A stretch of DNA of 62,124 bases, counting the filler. It is 11 parts of 11 records of this genome, joined end to end, with 100 filler letters (N's around TTAATTAATTAA, not from the genome) between each part and the next. Parts side by side here need not be neighbours in the genome. Positions count along the whole stretch, not along the records: positions 55,090 to 57,265 come from SRR11831585_817; positions 57,366 to 62,124 come from SRR11831585_820; 9 more parts are not named here. One strand, 5' to 3'. The notes under the pieces were generated by a model that was not told the origin of the DNA, did not search any database, and was given only the letters and a program-made list of their open reading frames with translations. The stretch's first letter is position 1. Every line of letters begins with the position of its first letter. Made by a program: the position numbers and the translations under genes. Below are positions 55,289 to 62,124 of this stretch, one piece after another.

Positions 55289-57235
55289 ATGAAAACAAAT
55301 ATAAAAGTATTTACATCGACAGGTGAATTGACCACTCTTGGCCGTGAACTGGGCAAAGGTGGTGAAGGCGCGGTTTATGATATCGAGGAGTTTGTCGATA
55401 GCGTCGCCAAGATTTATCACACGCCGCCACCCGCCTTAAAACAGGACAAACTTGCCTTTATGGCTGCGACAGCTGACGCGCAGTTGTTGAATTATGTCGC
55501 CTGGCCGCAGGCAACGCTTCACGGTGGACGAGGCGGAAAAGTTATCGGTTTTATGATGCCAAAAGTTTCTGGTAAAGAACCGATTCATATGATCTATAGC
55601 CCGGCACATCGTCGCCAGAGTTACCCTCATTGTGCGTGGGATTTTCTACTCTATGTTGCGCGCAATATTGCTTCATCTTTTGCTACGGTTCACGAGCACG
55701 GGCACGTCGTGGGTGACGTAAACCAGAACAGTTTTATGGTAGGTCGCGACAGCAAAGTGGTACTGATTGATAGCGACTCCTTTCAAATTAACGCCAATGG
55801 CACACTGCATTTATGCGAAGTCGGCGTGTCGCATTTTACGCCGCCAGAGCTACAAACCTTGCCATCATTTGTCGGTTTTGAACGCACAGAAAATCACGAT
55901 AATTTTGGCCTTGCGTTGCTAATTTTTCACGTCTTGTTTGGTGGGCGGCATCCTTATTCTGGTGTGCCGCTTATCTCTGATGCGGGTAATGCGCTGGAGA
56001 CGGATATTACCCATTTCCGTTATGCCTACGCGTCAGATAATCAGCGACGTGGTTTAAAACCGCCGCCACGATCTATTCCGCTATCGATGTTACCGAGTGA
56101 TGTTGAAGCCATGTTTCAGCAGGCATTCACGGAAAGTGGCGTGGCAACCGGGCGTCCGACGGCTAAAGCGTGGGTAGCGGCACTGGACTCTCTACGCCAA
56201 CAGTTAAAGAAATGTATCGTTTCAGCAATGCATGTTTACCCCGCTCATTTGACTGACTGCCCGTGGTGTGCGCTGGATAATCAAGGTGTTATCTATTTTA
56301 TTGATCTCGGCGAAGAGGTCATTACCACCGGCGGGAATTTTGTGCTGGCGAAAGTCTGGGCGATGGTGATGGCGTCAGTAGCACCGCCAGCATTGCAACT
56401 GCCATTACCCGATCATTTCCAACCGACTGGCAGGCCGCTTCCTTTAGGCCTGTTACGGCGCGAATACATCATTCTGCTTGAGATCGCACTGTCAGCATTA
56501 TCGCTGCTGCTTTGCGGCCTTCAGGCAGAACCGCGTTATATTATTTTGGTTCCTGTGCTGGCGGCTATCTGGATTATTGGCAGTCTGACAAGCAAAGCGT
56601 ACAAAGCAGAAGTTCAGCAACGCCGTGAGGCATTTAATCGTGCGAAAATGGACTATGACCATTTAGTCCGCCAGATCCAGCAGGTAGGCGGCCTGGAAGG
56701 TTTTATCGCCAAACGGACGATGCTCGAAAAAATGAAGGACGAAATTCTCGGGTTACCGGAAGAAGAGAAACGCGCTCTGGCAGCACTTCATGACACTGCA
56801 AGGGAACGGCAGAAGCAGAAGTTTCTGGAGGGATTTTTTATTGATGTTGCCTCTATTCCCGGCGTTGGCCCTGCGCGTAAAGCGGCGTTACGGTCTTTTG
56901 GTATTGAAACAGCCGCAGATGTTACCCGTCGTGGCGTTAAGCAAGTGAAAGGGTTTGGCGACCATCTGACCCAGGCGGTTATCGACTGGAAAGCGAGCTG
57001 TGAACGCCGTTTTGTGTTCAGGCCGAATGAAGCGATAACGCCAGCAGACAGACAAGCGGTAATGGCGAAAATGACCGCCAAACGACATCGGCTGGAATCG
57101 GCGTTGACAGTCGGCGCGACAGAGTTGCAGCGATTCCGCCTTCATGCTCCAGCACGGACCATGCCGTTGATGGAACCGTTACGTCAGGCAGCAGAAAAAC
57201 TGGCTCAGGCGCAGGCAGATTTAAGCCGCTGCTGA
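55289..57235 (+). CDS. yegI: Eukaryotic-like Ser/Thr protein kinase YegI
   Basis: 648 aa; LGKGGEGAVY, VAKIY, GDVNQN, IDSDS, FTPPE motifs; TM pair; HhH motif IPGVGP. Confidence 0.96.
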   Translation: MKTNIKVFTSTGELTTLGRELGKGGEGAVYDIEEFVDSVAKIYHTPPPALKQDKLAFMAATADAQLLNYVAWPQATLHGGRGGKVIGFMMPKVSGKEPIHMIYSPAHRRQSYPHCAWDFLLYVARNIASSFATVHEHGHVVGDVNQNSFMVGRDSKVVLIDSDSFQINANGTLHLCEVGVSHFTPPELQTLPSFVGFERTENHDNFGLALLIFHVLFGGRHPYSGVPLISDAGNALETDITHFRYAYASDNQRRGLKPPPRSIPLSMLPSDVEAMFQQAFTESGVATGRPTAKAWVAALDSLRQQLKKCIVSAMHVYPAHLTDCPWCALDNQGVIYFIDLGEEVITTGGNFVLAKVWAMVMASVAPPALQLPLPDHFQPTGRPLPLGLLRREYIILLEIALSALSLLLCGLQAEPRYIILVPVLAAIWIIGSLTSKAYKAEVQQRREAFNRAKMDYDHLVRQIQQVGGLEGFIAKRTMLEKMKDEILGLPEEEKRALAALHDTARERQKQKFLEGFFIDVASIPGVGPARKAALRSFGIETAADVTRRGVKQVKGFGDHLTQAVIDWKASCERRFVFRPNEAITPADRQAVMAKMTAKRHRLESALTVGATELQRFRLHAPARTMPLMEPLRQAAEKLAQAQADLSRC

Positions 57236-57265
57236 GCCATTTTTCAATTAACGAAACACCACTTC

Positions 57266-57365
57266 NNNNNNNNNNNNNNNNNNNNNNNNNNNNNNNNNNN
57301 NNNNNNNNNTTAATTAATTAANNNNNNNNNNNNNNNNNNNNNNNNNNNNNNNNNNNNNNNNNNNN
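57266..57365. other. Artificial contig linker 10
   Basis: N44-TTAATTAATTAA-N44. Confidence 0.99.
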
Positions 57366-57589
57366 TTTCGGGTTTCGAGAACGAGCATCTCAACTTTGCG
57401 CTAGCCACGCCAGACGGCACTTTCGCTCTGCGTGTGCGTTTCAGCACTACGCGCTACAGCCTGGCTATCCGTCAGGAAGTGTGCGCAATGATGGCACTGA
57501 ATATGCTGCGCCGTTGGTTAAACGGCCAGGATATCGCCAGTGAGCATGGCTGGATTGAGGTTGTTGAGTCCATGACCTTATCTGTCTGA
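57366..57589 (+). CDS. yfaY: CinA-like protein YfaY, 3' fragment
   Basis: SGFENEHLNFALATPDG...RQEVCAMMALNMLRRWLNG...SMTLSV*; K-12 position upstream of yfaX. Confidence 0.85.
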
Positions 57590-57808
57590 TTCCGCCACTC
57601 TGTGCCGGTTTACTGCACCGGCACATTCCCCCTCCGGCAAAATTTGTCCAACCTGTTGTACTCAATAAGAAAAAATCCGTGCGCTGATTCACAAATTTGT
57701 GCGTAATTTCTCCAGTCTGCTGGACGAGGAGCGGGATTTGATGCGCTTCACAATTTTACTCCCCCTGAGCAACGAGACTGATTCCAGTATCTAAGACTGG
57801 AGTCCAGT

Positions 57809-58591
57809 ATGTTGGAATCAAGCAAAGTTCCCGCCCTGACACGGGCTATTGATATTCTCAATTTGATTGCCCGCATTGGCCCCTGTAGTGCTGCGACGAT
57901 CATTGACACATTGGGAATCCCTAAAAGCACGGCCTATTTGCTGCTTAATGAACTCAGGCGTCAGCGTTTTCTTAGCCTTGATCACCAGGAAAATTTTTGT
58001 TTGTGGACCAGGCTGGTGGAGCTTTCCGGTCATGCGTTAAGCAAGATGGATCTCCGGGAACTGGCTCGACCGCGTTTGACGCAACTGATGGATACCACCG
58101 GGCTGTTATGTCACCTGGGGATTATTGATAACGGCAGCGCTTATTACATTTTGAAAGTGGAGTCATCAGCCACTATCAGCGTGCGTTCCCATGAAGGAAA
58201 AAGCCTTTCGCTTTATCGCTCCGGAATAGGTAAATGCCTGCTTGCCTGGCAACCTGCAGCGGTACAGCAAAGTATTATCGAAGGGCTGGTCTGGGAGCAG
58301 GCGACACCCACAACGATTACTCATCCACAGCAACTTCACGAAGAACTGGCGCGTATTCGCCGTCAGGGCTGGAGCTATGACAACGGCGAAGATTACGCCG
58401 ATGTCCGTTGTGTCGCTGCGCCGGTGTTTAACGCCAATAACGAGCTTACCGCTGCGATCTCGGTGGTCGGTACCCGCTTACAAATCAATGAAGAATACCG
58501 TGATTATCTGGCGGGCAAGGCCATTGCCTGCGCCAGGGATATTTCACGTCTGTTGGGATGGAAAAGTCCCTTTGACTTACAAGCCTCATAA
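57809..58591 (+). CDS. rhmR: IclR-family regulator RhmR (YfaX)
   Basis: 260 aa; [26 protein letters not shown] motifs. Confidence 0.95.
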
Positions 58592-58605
58592 CAATGGAGA
58601 ACATC

Positions 58606-59811
58606 ATGACCCTACCAAAAATTAAACAGGTTCGCGCCTGGTTTACTGGCGGTGCGACAGCAGAAAAAGGCGCTGGCGGCGGTGATTATCACGACCAGGG
58701 GGCGAATCACTGGATAGACGATCATATTGCCACCCCGATGAGTAAATACCGCGATTACGAGCAGTCACGCCAGTCATTTGGCATTAACGTTCTTGGCACG
58801 TTGGTTGTTGAAGTCGAAGCAGAAAACGGCCAGACCGGATTCGCCGTTTCGACAGCCGGTGAAATGGGCTGTTTTATTGTCGAAAAACATCTTAACCGTT
58901 TCATTGAGGGTAAATGTGTCAGTGATATCAAACTGATCCACGATCAAATGCTCAGTGCCACCCTGTATTACTCCGGCTCTGGTGGCCTGGTGATGAATAC
59001 GATTTCTTGTGTCGATCTGGCTCTGTGGGATCTGTTCGGCAAAGTGGTCGGGCTTCCGGTTTATAAACTTTTAGGCGGCGCTGTTCGTGATGAGATTCAG
59101 TTCTACGCCACAGGTGCGCGTCCGGATCTGGCAAAAGAGATGGGCTTTATCGGTGGCAAAATGCCGACGCACTGGGGGCCACATGATGGCGATGCGGGGA
59201 TCCGCAAAGATGCCGCTATGGTCGCGGATATGCGTGAAAAATGCGGTGAGGATTTCTGGTTAATGCTCGACTGCTGGATGAGTCAGGACGTGAACTATGC
59301 GACCAAACTGGCCCACGCTTGCGCGCCCTATAACCTGAAATGGATCGAAGAGTGCCTGCCGCCACAGCAGTATGAAAGTTATCGCGAACTGAAACGCAAC
59401 GCGCCAGTCGGAATGATGGTCACCAGCGGTGAGCACCACGGCACACTGCAATCTTTTCGTACGCTTTCAGAAACCGGTATCGACATTATGCAGCCGGATG
59501 TTGGCTGGTGCGGTGGTTTAACCACGCTGGTGGAAATTGCCGCAATCGCCAAATCCAGGGGGCAACTGGTGGTGCCGCACGGTTCGTCTGTTTACTCTCA
59601 CCATGCGGTGATCACCTTCACCAATACGCCATTCAGCGAATTCCTGATGACCAGCCCGGATTGTTCAACGATGCGTCCGCAGTTTGACCCGATTCTGCTC
59701 AATGAGCCGGTTCCGGTGAATGGTCGTATTCATAAATCAGTGCTTGATAAACCCGGTTTTGGCGTCGAACTCAATCGTGACTGCAATTTGAAACGCCCCT
59801 ACAGCCACTAA
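58606..59811 (+). CDS. rhmD: L-rhamnonate dehydratase (enolase superfamily)
   Basis: [12 protein letters not shown]...; DLALWDL, MLDCWM, WIEE, GEH, QPD, VPHG motifs; alternative ATG at 58594. Confidence 0.96.
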
Positions 59812-59867
59812 TCACTCCGGGCGTTGCTGTGACAACGGTAACGCCCACATATTCTAAGGAGCTTTTT

Positions 59868-61157
59868 ATGAGCACCGCTTTGCTTGACGCCGTGGTGAAG
59901 AAAAACCGTGTGCGTTTAATTCCGTTTATGTTGGCGCTGTATGTGCTGGCGTTTCTCGACCGTTCGAATATCGGTTTTGCCAAACAGACCTACCAGATTG
60001 ATACCGGGTTGAGTAATGAAGCTTATGCGCTGGGAGCAGGCATTTTCTTTGTGGTATATGCGTTTCTGGGTGTTCCGGCGAATCTTTTGATGCGCAAACT
60101 GGGGGCCAGAACCTGGATTGGTACGACAACACTGCTGTGGGGATTTCTTTCGGCAGCCATGGCATGGGCCGATACTGAAGCGAAATTTCTGATAGTTCGC
60201 ACTCTGCTTCGTGCTGCGGAGGCCGGATTTTTCCCTGGTATGATTTATCTCACCTCGCAATGGTTTCCGCAGCGTAATCGCGCCAGCATTATGGGGCTGT
60301 TCTATATGGGCGCACCGCTGGCGTTAACACTGGGATCACCGCTTTCCGGCGCGCTGTTGGAGATGCATGGATTTATGGGGCATCCCGGCTGGTTCTGGAT
60401 GTTTGTGATTGAAGGATTGTTGGCAGTCGGTGCTGGGGTATTCACATTCTTTTGGCTTGATGACACACCGGAGCAGGCACGTTTTCTGAGTAAACAAGAA
60501 AAAACGTTGCTTATCAATCAACTGGCAAGTGAAGAACAACAGAAAGTGACTTCTCGGCTGAGCGATGCGCTGCGTAATGGCCGAGTCTGGCAACTAGCGA
60601 TTATCTACCTGACCATTCAGGTGGCGGTTTACGGATTAATTTTCTTCCTGCCGACCCAGGTTGCGGCATTGCTGGGAACAAAAGTGGGCTTTACAGCGTC
60701 GGTGGTCACCGCCATTCCGTGGGTTGCGGCCTTGTTTGGGACCTGGCTTATTCCGCGCTATTCCGATAAAACCGGCGAACGGCGTAATGTCGCAGCGCTG
60801 ACATTACTGGCGGCGGGCATTGGTATTGGTCTGTCCGGGCTGCTTTCTCCAGTAATGGCGATCGTAGCGCTGTGTGTTGCAGCTATCGGGTTTATTGCCG
60901 TGCAGCCAGTGTTCTGGACGATGCCGACACAACTGCTTTCCGGTACGGCGCTGGCTGCGGGAATTGGTTTTGTAAACCTGTTTGGTGCAGTGGGCGGGTT
61001 TATTGCCCCGATCCTGCGCGTGAAAGCAGAAACGTTATTTGCCAGCGATGCGGCGGGATTACTGACGCTGGCAGCGGTGGCGGTCATCGGTTCGCTGATT
61101 ATTTTCACTCTGCGTGTAAATCGCACTGTTGCGCAGACCGACGTGGCACATCATTAA
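59868..61157 (+). CDS. rhmT: MFS (ACS-type) transporter RhmT (YfaV)
   Basis: 429 aa; [11 protein letters not shown] and EAGFFPG motifs. Confidence 0.95.
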
Positions 61158-61174
61158 ATAGGTTAAGGAACACG

Positions 61175-61978
61175 ATGAACGCATTATTAAGCAATCCCTT
61201 TAAAGAACGTTTACGCAAGGGCGAAGTGCAAATTGGTCTGTGGTTAAGCTCAACGACTGCCTATATGGCAGAAATTGCCGCCACTTCTGGTTATGACTGG
61301 TTGCTGATTGACGGGGAGCACGCGCCAAACACCATTCAGGATCTTTATCATCAGCTACAGGCGGTAGCGCCCTATGCCAGCCAACCCGTGATCCGTCCGG
61401 TGGAAGGCAGTAAACCGCTGATTAAACAAGTCCTGGATATTGGCGCGCAAACTCTACTGATCCCGATGGTCGATACTGCCGAACAGGCACGTCAGGTGGT
61501 GTCTGCCACGCGCTATCCTCCCTACGGTGAGCGTGGTGTCGGGGCCAGTGTGGCACGGGCTGCGCGCTGGGGACGCATTGAGAATTACATGGCGCAAGTT
61601 AACGATTCGCTTTGTCTGTTGGTGCAGGTGGAAAGTAAAACGGCACTGGATAACCTGGACGAAATCCTCGACGTCGAAGGGATTGATGGCGTGTTTATTG
61701 GACCTGCGGATCTTTCTGCGTCGTTGGGCTACCCGGATAACGCCGGGCACCCGGAAGTGCAGCGAATTATTGAAACCAGTATTCGGCGGATCCGTGCTGC
61801 GGGTAAAGCGGCTGGTTTTCTGGCTGTGGCTCCTGATATGGCGCAGCAATGCCTGGCGTGGGGAGCGAACTTTGTCGCTGTTGGCGTTGACACGATGCTC
61901 TACAGCGATGCCCTGGATCAACGACTGGCGATGTTTAAATCAGGCAAAAATGGGCCACGCATAAAAGGTAGTTATTGA
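61175..61978 (+). CDS. rhmA: 2-keto-3-deoxy-L-rhamnonate aldolase (YfaU)
   Basis: 267 aa; [20 protein letters not shown] HpcH-family motifs. Confidence 0.96.
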
Positions 61979-62018
61979 TATCAAAGGCCCATGGGGATCG
62001 GCTGTGGGCCTGTGTTAA

Positions 62019-62124
62019 TTAGTGGTTATTCGCTGCCAGATCGGCTTCGCTTAGCTGGGTGGCCGCGAGCACCTGGTCACGATCAAAGCCCTGTTCCAGC
62101 ATGCGCAAAGCAATTTTAATGGCT
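62019..62124 (-). CDS. ypaA: YpaA (stand-alone Rpn C-terminal-like peptide), 3' fragment
   Basis: AIKIALRMLEQGFDRDQVLAATQLSEADLAANNH*, an Rpn/YhgA C-terminal signature; convergent with yfaU as in K-12. Confidence 0.78.
   Translation of the reverse strand, partial: AIKIALRMLEQGFDRDQVLAATQLSEADLAANNH

Noticed and set aside
55289..57235. Eukaryotic-like kinase as part of the eukaryote or as a new signalling system
   Set aside because: Intronless and recognisable as E. coli yegI; its partner genes are not on this contig.
60872..61174. N-terminal extensions given by the ORF track (rhmA, and likewise ydcO, ygiS, uxuA, galE, lysO)
   Set aside because: They are upstream in-frame codons without an RBS; the downstream starts match the known protein lengths.

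Overview
This window is not one contiguous chromosome. It is an artificial pseudo-scaffold of 11 contigs joined by ten identical 100-nt linkers (N44-TTAATTAATTAA-N44, with stop codons in all six frames). Seven contigs (about 45.7 kb) are ordinary E. coli K-12-like chromosome from unlinked loci: gntP-uxuAB; ygiZ'-qseCB-ygiWV-mqsRA-ygiS-parC'; nadA-pnuC-zitB-ybgS-aroG-gpmA-galMKTE-modFE-acrZ-modAB'; lysO-hcp-hcr-poxB-ltaE-ybjT'; ydcR'-hicBA-yncJ-rlhA-sutR-ydcO'; yegI; and yfaY'-rhmRDTA-ypaA'. pnuC and hcp each carry a 1-nt homopolymer deletion that looks like sequencing error. The other four contigs (4727-12023, 19577-21655, 36199-40047, 47283-49524; about 15.5 kb) come from an unidentified intron-rich eukaryote with GT-AG introns and GT/CA microsatellites. 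Manual splicing recovers RPL8/uL2, a Brr6/Brl1 nuclear-envelope gene, a probable proteasome alpha-3 last exon, a divergent YneE/VCCN-type bestrophin, a secreted protein built of two tandem bacterial-looking GATase-like domains, a 10-exon fragment of a large multi-pass membrane protein, a secreted protein with RRLL motifs and Cys repeats, and two small head-to-head orphan genes. I see no new system in the bacterial part. Any novelty lies in the uncharacterised eukaryotic genes, and adjacency across linkers carries no biological meaning.
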